IMG/VR virus record: IMGVR_UViG_3300036715_004471 | Coordinates: 62,001 to 126,000 of that record | DNA length: 64,000 bases | Direction: 5' to 3' (one strand) | In this document: positions 19,712 to 30,266 of the stretch, one piece after another | Layout of the letters: each line of letters starts with the position of its first letter | Numbering within the stretch: position 1 is the first letter of the stretch | The notes under the pieces: model-generated | What the model was told of the DNA's origin: nothing | Database searches by the model: none | Seen by the model: the letters and a program-made list of their open reading frames with translations, nothing else | Made by a program: the position numbers and the translations under genes

Positions 19712-19901
19712 GGGAAATCTCCTTCTTGATCTTGGGTTTGTTGTCGAATCGATGGGAGCCGGTTTGGCTTCCCGCTTGGTTGGTTCCGACCCCACTTGTT
19801 GATGGGTGCCGGTCTGTCATCGGGCAGCGATGCCTGATTGACTAGGCTTCTCAACCACCGGGAGCGCCCCACATCGATGGGGCAATCTCTCAGTCGTTGA
19901 T

Positions 19902-20009
19902 GAACTTGCCATCATCGACTCTTCTGTTATGAACAAGTTTACCGAAACGATGGGTCAGAAATACCTCGACATTATCAAGGACATAATTGACCTAAAAATC
20001 CGGAGGTAG
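19902..20009 (+). pseudogene. C-terminal remnant of a third Vsr-like endonuclease copy
   Basis: Translates ELAIIDSSVMNKFTETMGQKYLDIIKDII, matching ELAIIDSSVMKRF...QQFLDIIRKII of 6228..6953; no upstream domain. Confidence 0.8.
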
Positions 20010-20068
20010 GAATCAAACCTACCTGCACAGTACAGCAGTAGCGTCCTTCCGCATTAGACGATTGAGTA
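20001..20068 (-). pseudogene. Degenerate tRNA remnant
   Basis: D-arm-like CGTCTAATGCGGAAGGACG and T-arm GGTAGG-TTTGATT-CCTACC, but the acceptor stem does not pair. Confidence 0.4.
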
Positions 20069-20430
20069 GGATGCGAGGGCACACCATCTACCCAAAGCGG
20101 TTCCCGAGGCGCCGCTATTTCTACTGCTTTTCTGCAACGACTTCAGTCGTTCTCTCCGGTGTAACCTTACGCCTTGCTGGCGTCGCGAAGCTCGCGCATC
20201 AACTGAACCCAGGCAACCTGCTCCAGTTTGTGCTCAGGTTGAGCCTCAAGCTCATTTCGCGCTTTACGCTCCGTTACACAATCCTCACATTCATGACCAG
20301 CACAATGCTCGATGGGCTCACCCGTTGGCATGGTAGCATTGACACGACAGGATTGAGCGAGCTTGACCTGAAGCTGAAGATTCTCGTACAGAGTCATTCG
20401 TCACTCCCTATGTATGGTTTGTGCTTTGCA

Positions 20431-20538
20431 GTACAGCATGGAATCGAACCCTGACGTAACTTCACTAGCGCTTTGGTGAAGTTCTTTAATCAGCCAACCT
20501 GCCGGTCAGCTATCGACGCGCCACTCGATGGGCTGTAC
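20431..20538 (-). ncRNA. tRNA-like structured RNA, ~108 nt
   Basis: Terminal stem GTACAGC/GCTGTAC, three internal hairpins and a GG-TTCGATT-CC T-loop. Confidence 0.55.
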
Positions 20539-20570
20539 TTACCACCACTACTCGCGTAGTGGATTTACTT

Positions 20571-20903
20571 TTACTTCGAGACCTTGCGACAGAGAACCAT
20601 CATGATCTGTGTAAATGTCCTAGCAGGAACATTATGATGGGGAAGACAAAGCCAGACCCTCGCATCATCAAATTGATCTTGCGTAATGGAGGGACAATCC
20701 AGCAACGCCATCACATCATTCAGACAACTGATGGTATTGATACTGGTTGCGCCAGCTCTCAACATCTCCAGCATCAGGCGAAGGTTGACAGTGTTTTCTT
20801 CGTAGAAGGCGCCGGCATAACTCAATTGTTCGATTGCGCCAGCTGTTACCCTGATCATCTCCCGGAGAACAGTCTCCGGGATAAGGACGTTTCTATCTGA
20901 CAT
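20571..20903 (-). CDS. Hypothetical protein
   Basis: Co-oriented ORF. Confidence 0.55.
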   Translation of the reverse strand: MSDRNVLIPETVLREMIRVTAGAIEQLSYAGAFYEENTVNLRLMLEMLRAGATSINTISCLNDVMALLDCPSITQDQFDDARVWLCLPHHNVPARTFTQIMMVLCRKVSK

Positions 20904-21250
20904 TGGGTTTACCCGCGGCGATGTGCTGCACGAAGCCGAGAGTAGAGCCGATCGGTGCGCCGCTTCTGCGCCTCAGCGGCGAGATAGCCCTTGAGGAAGC
21001 CGGCAAAATCAACCAGCTCGTCGCCTTCGGTGTTACAACAGATGGCGAACGTGGAGTGAGTACCAGCCATCGGATGGATGCTGAAAGCAGCCGAATGCTT
21101 CTTCGGCTTGGAAGCGCGAAGAATGCCGAGAAGACGCTCCGCCTCGGAATGTTTGCGGGTAGTGAAAAAAGGAACGTTGTTCATGTCTGTTCTCTCGATG
21201 TTCAGGTGATGGGTCAAGGGGCGCAAGTACATCTTGGGTCGAACGTATAT

Positions 21251-21544
21251 TCAACCCTTTTCTTTGTGTGCAGCCTCATCGGGCATGACGAACTTGAATC
21301 CAAACTCTTTTGCCCACGCCTTCTGACTTGCCCAAGGGTCCATATACACCTTGTAGGCAGCCTTCAGTTGCGCACGACCAAGCCGAACTTCGCTGCCGGT
21401 GGGGCTAGTGAAGATGAATACAATATCACCGAAAAAACCATTTTCGGTTTTAACGTACTCGATTATGTACTTGTCATCCGCTACTGCAACGTATTGGTCG
21501 CCGGGCTTTCTGGGATCATCCCAGCCTTCGTAGTAAAACATCAT
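21251..21544 (-). CDS. Hypothetical protein
   Basis: GAGGTG RBS, co-oriented. Confidence 0.6.
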   Translation of the reverse strand: MMFYYEGWDDPRKPGDQYVAVADDKYIIEYVKTENGFFGDIVFIFTSPTGSEVRLGRAQLKAAYKVYMDPWASQKAWAKEFGFKFVMPDEAAHKEKG

Positions 21545-22847
21545 TCACCTCAAAAGTAAGTCGCGGTCGAGCAGGCACAAGGCGAACACTCAACTGGGCG
21601 ATTCTTATACCCGAGGTTTCGGCTATAGTTGCCGATCATAGTCACGACCACGAAAAGAACCAGCAGCACCAAAAGCGAGCGCGGAACGTAAACCGGCTTG
21701 GCAAACCACTGGTGAAGAAGGTTCATTCTTTCCATGGTTCTACTTATGCAGCAGTCCTGCCGATCCGAGGGTGCAGAGAAAACCGCACAACGTCAGGATC
21801 AAGAAAAGGATCTTGGTGAGAACATTTGCATTATTGCTCGTGCTCCACTTCCAGTAAAGCAAGAAGAACAGGATGGTGGTAATAATACCGTACACCGTGA
21901 TGAGCATGGTTATGCCTTTATTGTTTCCTCAGAGTCATTCATCGAGCAAGTCGTCATCTCCGAACAGGAGGCGCTCTCGCTCGTTATTCGTCATGTCACG
22001 AATGATGGGACGATGAAGGTTGTACTGAAGCCAGATGTTACGAACATAGTCCGCAGCATCAGCCAGTCTACCTCTCAAGTCACTCACCATGTAAGGAAAG
22101 CCTTTACTTATGGCTCTCCTTAGTTGGGAAGGTTCGCCTTCCCAGCGGAAGCCTGTGAGCCATTGGCGGCGCTCACGAGGAATTGCATTGCCGGGGACGA
22201 GCTGACATCCTGGGTCGGAGCCTTGCACTCATGACGAATGAGGGGCATGAGCAGGTTGTTCAGGAAGTGAGAGGCGCGTCCCCTGTAGTAGGCATCGAGC
22301 TGGATCTGGCAAACCTCTTCGGCAGACTGAACCTTCTTGTCCGACATGACTTCCTCTTTATTCGTTCGTTGGTAACGCCTACGACGAGACATCCATCGTG
22401 CAACAGCACTGACACGGATACTCTGTTTTCTTTTTGGATGGGCGAGCCAACTACTTTGCCAGCTTCCCATTTCTTGGGAGTGAAAGTATCTTCCGGGAGA
22501 AATCGGATCTCGACTTCATCACCGTCATGAAGTTTCATAGCGCTTACTTTGCGCATGATATTACTCCTGTTTCCAGCCCGCCCCTGTAAAAACGCGAATG
22601 AATGTCGCGCGGGTGTACTTGGAATAAGTAACTTGATTGAGCTTGAACCAAACTGTCTTGGTTCTACCCTTCGGAGTTTTGAAAATGGTACGTTCCCAAA
22701 CGGAACCATCCGACATGAAAGTCATGATGGTTTTCTTCCAGATGGGTTTCTTTACCTTGGTAGACACACGGGCGATCTCAATCAAACCACCACTATTGCG
22801 ATCCATATCTTTCATAGGCGAGATATATCCTGATGGGAAGGATTCCT

Positions 22848-23342
22848 ATGCCCACAAAAGATTTATCTAAAAAAGCACTTCAACGAAAGAAGTACCAGAA
22901 ATCCTTGAAAGGTAAAGCCTCAGTTAAGGCTGCTCAACAAAGATATTACTCATCAACCAAAGGTAAGGCGGCTCGCTACAAAGCCAGAACTTCCCGTGCT
23001 CAGTATGAAAAAGCAAGATCCAATCTCCGCAGTCGATCATTGACTCGAAGGTTCAAGGCTGGCAAAAAGTCCGCCAACAAACGCAACTTAGAATTTACTA
23101 TCGAATTTGAAAGATGGATAGAAGAAATTCGGAAACCATGTTACTATTGTTCTAACCAATTAGGACCGCCAACTGAAACGGGGATCGGACTAGATCGATT
23201 AGATAATAAACAGGGTTATATTGACAGCAACATCGTTAGCTGCTGTAAGGTTTGCAACCTACTTAAATCAGATCGTTTTACCGCACAAGAAACAAAAGTA
23301 ATGGTTGATGCTGTCCTCAAGTTCAGGTCACCACCCGTATAA
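22848..23342 (+). CDS. HNH-type (His-Me finger) homing endonuclease
   Basis: CYYC...GIGLDRLDN.QGY...NIVSCCKVCNLLK; basic N-terminus; AT-rich, opposite strand. Confidence 0.8.
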   Translation: MPTKDLSKKALQRKKYQKSLKGKASVKAAQQRYYSSTKGKAARYKARTSRAQYEKARSNLRSRSLTRRFKAGKKSANKRNLEFTIEFERWIEEIRKPCYYCSNQLGPPTETGIGLDRLDNKQGYIDSNIVSCCKVCNLLKSDRFTAQETKVMVDAVLKFRSPPV

Positions 23343-23624
23343 GATACTTACTCCCCCTATAAGATCCCCCAAGTTTTTGTCGAGAGACGCCTTATGACCT
23401 GCCCAGGGACCAATGCGAGGTATCAGGGTGAGTGCGGCGGGCGTAAATTGGAATTTACTGAAACAATTTCAGATTTTGAAACGTTTCGGTTGGCGGTCCC
23501 ACACCAACCCTAGGAATATGGGAATCCTATAAACTGGTGTGGGCGGGGGAACCAGGAAACCCGCCTTTCCTTTGCCGGCATCACCGGCACCTGGTTTTCC
23601 CTCTTGACAAGCTATCGTTAAGAC

Positions 23625-24033
23625 TTACTGAAAGAGGGTGTAGATGTAGCCGATGACCAGGGCGATGGCGGGATAGGCGACCGCGGCGTAGCAATAGCCC
23701 TTGAAGAACTTGCCGGGATTCTTCTTGACGCGCTCCTCATACTCCACAGAAGTCGACTTGAGGGGCGAAGTGCGAAGCAGTCCGATCAGAAGACCCAGAC
23801 CCAGACCCAGAACGGAAATCATCCCCACATGCGGAGCACCCAGGGGTTCCGCGAACCAGCGCCACAGCTTGAGCGCCACGAAGGCGCTCCAGATGCCCGT
23901 CGGAATAGAAACCAGTATCACTCCTATGCTGACGAACCCCACAGCGATCTTGTTCGCCTCCTCCGCCTCCTTGAGCAGCCGAAGCTGCTCGGGAGAAAAC
24001 TGGAGTCGGGAAGAAGCAGCAAGCTCCTCCATG
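23625..24033 (-). CDS. Hypothetical membrane protein
   Basis: Three hydrophobic segments; start set at MEELA. Confidence 0.6.
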
Positions 24034-24825
24034 GTATTGGCGCGAAAACCACACTCACGGTGCATCGGGATTGTTCCTTTGGTTATTGGATTCCGGGCAC
24101 GTTGGCATCAAGAGCCTCTTGACGTGCCTTGAGAAGTTTTTGTTTCAATTTCTTCATACCATCGTCGGTGACATCAAGAGGTGGGTTCTCCCACGCCATG
24201 AGTGCCTCAAACCATTGACAGTATAGAAAAAGCTGAACAGCGGACAATCGATCTTTCATAGCAGTCCTTTCGTGAGGACCGTCTCATGATTGATTTACGA
24301 AACGTCCTCGGGGCGAATGATGTGAATGGTGATCTGGTTGGGACCTTGGATATGAACCGAGGTCTTCTCCAAATCAGCAAGCTCGACCGCTCTTACCACG
24401 AATGGAAGAGCAGCATCACTTTCGATGGGAAAGTGGAGCGGCATCACCAGGCGCGGAAACTTTCCGCCGTCCCGCAGCACTTTGATTTCCATAGCGGTAA
24501 TATTCGTCGCTCTTCACGACGACTCCTTCGCGGTCTCCGTTACCAACAACCACTTCATTTTGAAGTTGAAGTAGCTCTTCGCAATCACAATCGAAAGGAC
24601 AAGTGAAACACTTCTTGCTGATCAACGTATCCGCGATCAGACCAAGTACGCTTCGAACAAGTCCCATGATCAGCCTCTCACGTAAACCGTGGCGTTGATG
24701 AATGGAGGGGGCGGTTTGACCCACACAGCGGGACCGCTCATCACTCGACCTTCATTGTCGCCAGGCTTCTTGTAATGACGCCTGACGCAATCAACATAGA
24801 AAACATATGACAATGTAGAAGAACG

Positions 24826-25101
24826 TCACTCGTCTTCATCCTCTTCTGGAAGGTTGGGAACTTCGACGATGGGGTGGAGCTTGCGCTCTGCATCCGCAGC
24901 ATCCTTGGCAGCCACGAAAGCAGCCTGGAGATCCTTGCCGTCGGTCAGAGCTTTCTTCAAGTCCTTTCCGCCGGCGACCTCCATGAACTTTTTGTCGAAC
25001 GCTATCGCCACATCGCCATGAAGGGCGCGACGGTAGGCTTTGATCTTGTCACGAAGCGAGGGCTCTTTGACCTGCTTCTTCTGATTCTTTCCACGAGCCA
25101 T
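24826..25101 (-). CDS. Hypothetical protein
   Basis: Co-oriented ORF with RBS. Confidence 0.6.
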   Translation of the reverse strand: MARGKNQKKQVKEPSLRDKIKAYRRALHGDVAIAFDKKFMEVAGGKDLKKALTDGKDLQAAFVAAKDAADAERKLHPIVEVPNLPEEDEDE

Positions 25102-25115
25102 GATGACCTTCTCTT

Positions 25116-25490
25116 TCAGTTGGTAGGCGCGAGCATCTCTTCGTACGAAACGCTCTCGCTATAGTAGCCGTTGGACTCGCCGAGCCAACGAATCGTGATG
25201 GTTCCCTTGGCGGTGCCGAAACGGTAGAAGGTCCAGGTGTAGGAATCGGAGCCGGCGTACGGCTCATCCATGTTATCGACTTCTTCCGCCATCACGATGG
25301 GCGAGCCGATCAGATCACTGAGATCACCGCAGATATCCTCGACCCGGCACGAAGCACAGCAATCCTGGTAGTACAGGAAGGTGAACGTGCTTCCATCGCT
25401 GGCGACGAACTCCAGCTTCTCGTCACCCACATTACCATCGACGCGGGTTATGGTCTTGCCAAGCATGTTGGTGAAAACAGTGATACTCAT
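25116..25490 (-). CDS. Conserved phage hypothetical protein
   Basis: QDCC.S..VEDICGDL.DL.GSPI..AEE...TWTFY...T.KG...IRW.GESNGYYSE pattern, which I recall from other phages. Confidence 0.7.
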   Translation of the reverse strand: MSITVFTNMLGKTITRVDGNVGDEKLEFVASDGSTFTFLYYQDCCASCRVEDICGDLSDLIGSPIVMAEEVDNMDEPYAGSDSYTWTFYRFGTAKGTITIRWLGESNGYYSESVSYEEMLAPTN

Positions 25491-25681
25491 GGGATTTTCC
25501 TTTGTTCAATCCGAAAAGGAGAAGTAGTTGTGTGTTCCGGGTCCGCCCCTACCGTATTGCCCTTCCCCCAAAGCATCGGCAAGAACCGAATTGAAGTGAG
25601 CGAGCACAGCAGGAACTTCCTCTGCCGGGACGTGAATCACCGACAGCGACAACATCCGGAGAATCAATCACGAGTTTCATT

Positions 25682-26128
25682 TCAACCTCGGGGAATCCAG
25701 CAGTTGCGAAGCGGAGGCTTCGGGCGGAGTTTGATGAAACCCAATGCGGTATCGGTAAGCCATGGCAACAACAAAAGATCACCGGGGCTACCAGTAGTAA
25801 GCTGTGCCACTAATTCATCTCTTGTCATTGGACCATTACGTAGCTTCCAAACAGAGTCGGGACTGGGAGCGTCTTTGTAAGATATGCAGTTAGCGATTGT
25901 CAAGACAGAGAAGTATTCTACCTCGGTAGTCTCTTTGTTCGCCAAAGAAACGACTGCTCGCTCAGCGAAATGAACCATTTCGTTACGACTGGTCTTCCAC
26001 CCCCCCAAAACCTCGATTCGATCCCGATGGGCAATCAGGTAATCCATACCCGTCAGATGAGCGAAGGAAGTTTCGGCAGCCCCAATCCAGGGATATTCGG
26101 AATCTTTGGGGGCAGGGAACTGAGGCAT
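25682..26128 (-). CDS. Hypothetical protein
   Basis: Co-oriented ORF. Confidence 0.55.
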   Translation of the reverse strand: MPQFPAPKDSEYPWIGAAETSFAHLTGMDYLIAHRDRIEVLGGWKTSRNEMVHFAERAVVSLANKETTEVEYFSVLTIANCISYKDAPSPDSVWKLRNGPMTRDELVAQLTTGSPGDLLLLPWLTDTALGFIKLRPKPPLRNCWIPRG

Positions 26129-26132
26129 GGGT

Positions 26133-26405
26133 TTACCTTTTGTTATGAAAACGCTTCATCTCCATCAGTTTTTCACGAAGCTCGCTTTTGAGTTCGTCAA
26201 ACTCCTTTGATTGCTCTCGCCGCCGCTCATCCGACTCCCTATCGAGCCAGAGGAAGAGTAGCACAATTCCAATCAGCGCGTTGGTGTATCCTGGATTATG
26301 AAGCACCAACCCTGCCTGGTACATCCAATATATACCCAGAATCAGATTGGCGCTCTTACCGAAAGCCAACGCGAGGAAAGAGAGGAAATTCAAAAGCCTC
26401 TTCAT
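26133..26405 (-). CDS. Small membrane protein
   Basis: Two hydrophobic segments and a charged tail. Confidence 0.55.
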   Translation of the reverse strand: MKRLLNFLSFLALAFGKSANLILGIYWMYQAGLVLHNPGYTNALIGIVLLFLWLDRESDERRREQSKEFDELKSELREKLMEMKRFHNKR

Positions 26406-26614
26406 GATCTTTTTCTTGTTGGAGATTTTAATCGCGACTAGAGAACTCGTGCCGGTCGGCGTATTCGTTTTCCGCCCGGAGACGCTCTTCGCCAGAAAGC
26501 TCCGCGATCTCTTCGGGGAGCAGAACTTTTCTTTGTCGAATCAGGCGAGGGTTTCTGTGCGGGTCGTTCCGCCAATCCCAATCACCATTTTCATCCCGAG
26601 GGATGGGAAGATCG

Positions 26615-26968
26615 TCAGCCTTCATGTTGTGCGTATCTCCGCTGTTGGAACTTATCGTAAGCGATGTTGCGCCTCCGGTCCCGGTCGTTTTGGTAACCTT
26701 TGCCACCGCAGCGGAAACACATGCCATAAGCATTGGTCACGGGAGACTTGTATTGCCCAGTAGTATCACACTTGGGACAACCAAACTCCACTTGCTGCGC
26801 AGCCCATACCCAAGCCTCGTGGCTGGGATTAGGGTTCTTCTCCTTTAACGATTGCAGCAGTCGCTTGACCTCCGCATCGAATTCTTCCGGAGATTTTGCT
26901 TCGCTTCGCCCGCGAATTTTCCGGTAATAGTGGCGAGCGTTTGTCAGAGAAAGTTTTTTCTTTGCCAT
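26615..26968 (-). CDS. Zn-finger protein (CxxCxxxG repeats)
   Basis: CPKCDTTG and CFRCGGKG. Confidence 0.6.
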   Translation of the reverse strand: MAKKKLSLTNARHYYRKIRGRSEAKSPEEFDAEVKRLLQSLKEKNPNPSHEAWVWAAQQVEFGCPKCDTTGQYKSPVTNAYGMCFRCGGKGYQNDRDRRRNIAYDKFQQRRYAQHEG

Positions 26969-28027
26969 GTGGACACTCGCCACTATTCCAGATGTAGATC
27001 AGCCCTCGACCGGAACCTTGACCCAGCGCTTGCTGTTCACAGGAACGCGATAGAAACCGCCCAAGTATCCCGGGCTGGAACACGGCTTGAGAGTCTTGAG
27101 CGCGCGAAGCTTGGGCTCTTCGCCCTCCTTGTGAACCGCGAACTTCTTGCATGACCAGCAGACTTCAAGTTGGACAACGAGTGTCCGTTACGGGATGCGT
27201 CCCGGTGTTCTCTTTAAACTACGGCAACCAATTCAAGAACTTCAGATCGGGACCGGAATGTCAGCAGCCTGCAACCGACGCCGAACGATCTGACGACGCG
27301 GCTGCCGCCCGATGGGCTCCACCGGGTTGTTGATCCGCTGCTCGACCTCGACGGCGCGGTTCTGCATATCACGAGCCTCGGTCGATGCGACCTCGGAATC
27401 GTAATTGGCAGTCACGAGCTGAAGGCGCAACTTCGCCAACCTGCGCGTGTGCAAGTTGTCGCGCTCACCCGTGCGTGCGGTACGAATCTGATCCAGCAAA
27501 GCGCCCGCCTCGGAGCGCTGATCCTGCGTGTAGGGAAGAGACATCTTTAGAATTTCCTTCTGCGTTGTGGGTTGTTATCAACGCCGCGCGGGCGCGGCAA
27601 CAGAAACCTGCACTTGGAGAACACCACGACCAGCAGCCTCGAAGAAGGCGAAGTCGGTTCTCTTGGGTTCCGAACGAAACATCCGTTCGATCTCCGCCGC
27701 CACTCACCACGATCCGTGAAAACGTAGTGATAGGTGGCGAGATAAGGGCGATAGCCGCCCGGATCCCGGGCGTCGTATGGAGCATCGTATTGCTGCTACT
27801 GCTTGTACTCCATGATGACGAAGTGATCACCAGCGGGAATATCCGAAGGCTTCTCTACACGTTTGCGAGGCATCTCACATCACCTGATGGGTCAGAGCGA
27901 GACCTTGAAAATCTCGGGTATGTTGTTTGGACTTCTATGTGGATAATTCAGTCCACGGCGCGCAAGGAAGGCGCAACCAAAACGCACGGCTCTTTCGGAG
28001 TTGGTCCGTTGCTTTATAGATGTCCGG

Positions 28028-28101
28028 CAGGAACGGAGGGAGTCGAACCCACATCATCCAGTTACGGCTACCCGCTTAGAAGGCAGGACCGATACGTTCC
28101 C
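28028..28101 (-). tRNA. Non-canonical tRNA-Arg(TCT)-like gene lacking a D-arm
   Basis: GGGAACG/CGTTCCT acceptor, CCTGC-CTTCTAA-GCGGG anticodon arm, GTGGG-TTCGACT-CCCTC T-arm; only 7 nt in place of the D-arm and an 18-nt variable region. Confidence 0.6.
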
Positions 28102-28149
28102 AAAAAGTTTCGAAAATCTGATTTCTATTACTACCGAGACATCGTAGGT

Positions 28150-28824
28150 ATGAAACCTTTATTCGATCCCTCGACAATAAAAGAACTACCAGCTAAGAAA
28201 AAGCTGCCTTTTGAATGCGAGAAGTGCTCTATTACTTTTTACGTAGAACGCAAAAGATTCCAAGATGCTTTGAAAAGTCATCCGGGTAGGCACAAATTTT
28301 GTAGTAAAACATGCCAAACACAAGCCCAGGTAACTGTGCTCAGTATGTCATGCACTCATTGTGGTGAAGTAACTCAACGCCGTTCCAGCCAACATAAACA
28401 CTCCAAAAGTGGGAATGTTTTTTGTTCTAGTTCCTGCGCTGCCAAGTACAACAATGCCCACAAAACGATGGGGTGCCGAAGGTCAAAGCTGGAACAATGG
28501 CTGGAGCAAGCTCTAACAACTCATTATCCAAACTTACAGTTTGTTTTCAATGGAAAAGAAACCATCAACTCAGAACTTGATATCTATATCCCAAGTCTTC
28601 AACTTGCGGTAGAGTTAAATGGAATCTTCCATTATGAACCGATTTACGGTCCAGAGAAGCTGGCTTCTATCCAGAATAATGATGGTAGGAAATTCCAAGC
28701 CTGTTGCGAAGCAGGGATATCACTAGCCATCATTGATGTCTCTTCCATGAAACATTTCAAACCAAAAGGCGCCCAACGATATTTTGAGATTATCAAAAAC
28801 ATCATTGATGATATAAAGACGTGA
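28150..28824 (+). CDS. Zn-ribbon + Vsr/DUF559-like putative homing endonuclease, copy 2
   Basis: MKPLF start; C-terminal half nearly identical to copy 1 (RRSKLEQWLEQALT...ELDIYIP...AVELNGIFHYEPIYGPEKLASIQNND). Confidence 0.8.
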   Translation: MKPLFDPSTIKELPAKKKLPFECEKCSITFYVERKRFQDALKSHPGRHKFCSKTCQTQAQVTVLSMSCTHCGEVTQRRSSQHKHSKSGNVFCSSSCAAKYNNAHKTMGCRRSKLEQWLEQALTTHYPNLQFVFNGKETINSELDIYIPSLQLAVELNGIFHYEPIYGPEKLASIQNNDGRKFQACCEAGISLAIIDVSSMKHFKPKGAQRYFEIIKNIIDDIKT

Positions 28825-29068
28825 TTTCAGTTAGCTTTGATCTTGTCCTGAACTTCACTCATTGCCGTTTCCGACACCGTGAAGATATAGACATCACCCG
28901 AAGTCAAAGCCTCAAAGCTGAGTTGTTTTCTATTCAGCTCATCAGCAAGCTCTTGAGCTTCCTTCGGGTTGTTTCTTGTGGCAGCAACAGACATGATGGG
29001 TTCCGCTACGCCGAGCATCCAAGTTGCACGCATAACGCGCCAACGTCTATTATCATTCTTCATTTAAG

Positions 29069-29335
29069 CTATCCTTTCGATGGAGTACAAAAGTTCCGAT
29101 GACGGGAAGCACAAGCCATCTCGCATCGAAATCCGCACTTATCCATCATACGAAGATCGCTACGAAGAGCTGCGCCAATTGCTTCTTTGGTTTCGCAATG
29201 CGTTACCTTAAAAATTGGCTCCCCCGATTTTACATCGACTACTGCCGCATTCCATCCGCCCTTTTCTTTATTAGGGCGAACAACTGCCGTGTATCCGTTG
29301 CACGCTCTGGAAACCTCTTTGGTGTTAGGATTCAT
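29069..29335 (-). CDS. Hypothetical protein
   Basis: Co-oriented ORF. Confidence 0.55.
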   Translation of the reverse strand: MNPNTKEVSRACNGYTAVVRPNKEKGGWNAAVVDVKSGEPIFKVTHCETKEAIGAALRSDLRMMDKCGFRCEMACASRHRNFCTPSKG

Positions 29336-29775
29336 GGCGTTTTAGGTGCGACGATGGGCGCCCGCACTGACAGTGAAGTGAGAATATCCTTTGGCATCCC
29401 AATCACGCTTCGTGTACCACTTGCCATCAGGTCGCCTTTCAGCGATGGTGTCAACACCGCTCGGTGCGAAGGTGACTCCGAAGATACGATCCTCACTGAC
29501 GGAAATACGATCGTACTCCTTGGAGAGATGCTCTTGCGGATGATGACCATCGTTGTCGAATGATACGTTCATTACAGACACTCTCCCAGGTTCTTCACCA
29601 GTCGATGAAGCTCGACCATCTTCTCGGTCAAGCTGAGACCACGGAATGCTTGCAGCATGTCATCACGGCTCCGCTGGAACCGCTCGGCGATCGCCGTTTT
29701 GGTTGCTTCTTCTTTAGCAGCTCTTCGGATGGATTCGTGAAGCATTGATTTTCTCTTTGTGAGCTTATTGATGGG

Positions 29776-30237
29776 TCAGCGAACGAATCGGCGCTCCGTC
29801 GCGTAGTCGTCATCTTCGTCTTCGTCATCTTCGTCATCGTCGATTTCGACTTTGAGAGAGCCATCGATCTCTTTTTCGATCTCACGAACGACGCGCTCTT
29901 GCTCTATGCGAATTTTCTTTTCCAGCTCGATGCGAACGCTTTGGGCTTTATGACTCGACCAAGCATTATTCTCTCCGGACCTCGCAAGCCACACGAAGAG
30001 TTTACCTAGCAGTAAGTGAAAGAGCATGTAGATTGGCCACAACACAGCCGCCATGATTGGGTTTGGCGTGTCATGGTACCAACTAGGCTCTCTAGCTCGC
30101 TTGCTAGCAGCCGGGATATCTTCCCTGATATTGTGCGCACTAGCGCAGTGCGCGCACCAATACCCCCAAACCCACGCCCCGACCATGGAATATGCCAGAG
30201 CTGATGTGATGGTGATCAAGAGGTGTGTGGTGGTCAT
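29776..30237 (-). CDS. Hypothetical membrane protein with acidic tail
   Basis: Two TM-like segments; start set at MTTTH; stop directly followed by CCCATC. Confidence 0.6.
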   Translation of the reverse strand: MTTTHLLITITSALAYSMVGAWVWGYWCAHCASAHNIREDIPAASKRAREPSWYHDTPNPIMAAVLWPIYMLFHLLLGKLFVWLARSGENNAWSSHKAQSVRIELEKKIRIEQERVVREIEKEIDGSLKVEIDDDEDDEDEDDDYATERRFVR

Positions 30238-30266
30238 GTTACCATGCCATTCTTGTTGTAGTTGAA

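Noticed and set aside
23343-23624. Non-coding gap with two hairpins
   Set aside because: Sits between convergent genes and is adequately explained as terminators; no other support for an ncRNA.
27385-28149. N-terminal 255 aa of the 479-aa + ORF
   Set aside because: Overlaps - strand genes and the tRNA-Arg-like gene; homology with copy 1 starts at MKPLF (28150).
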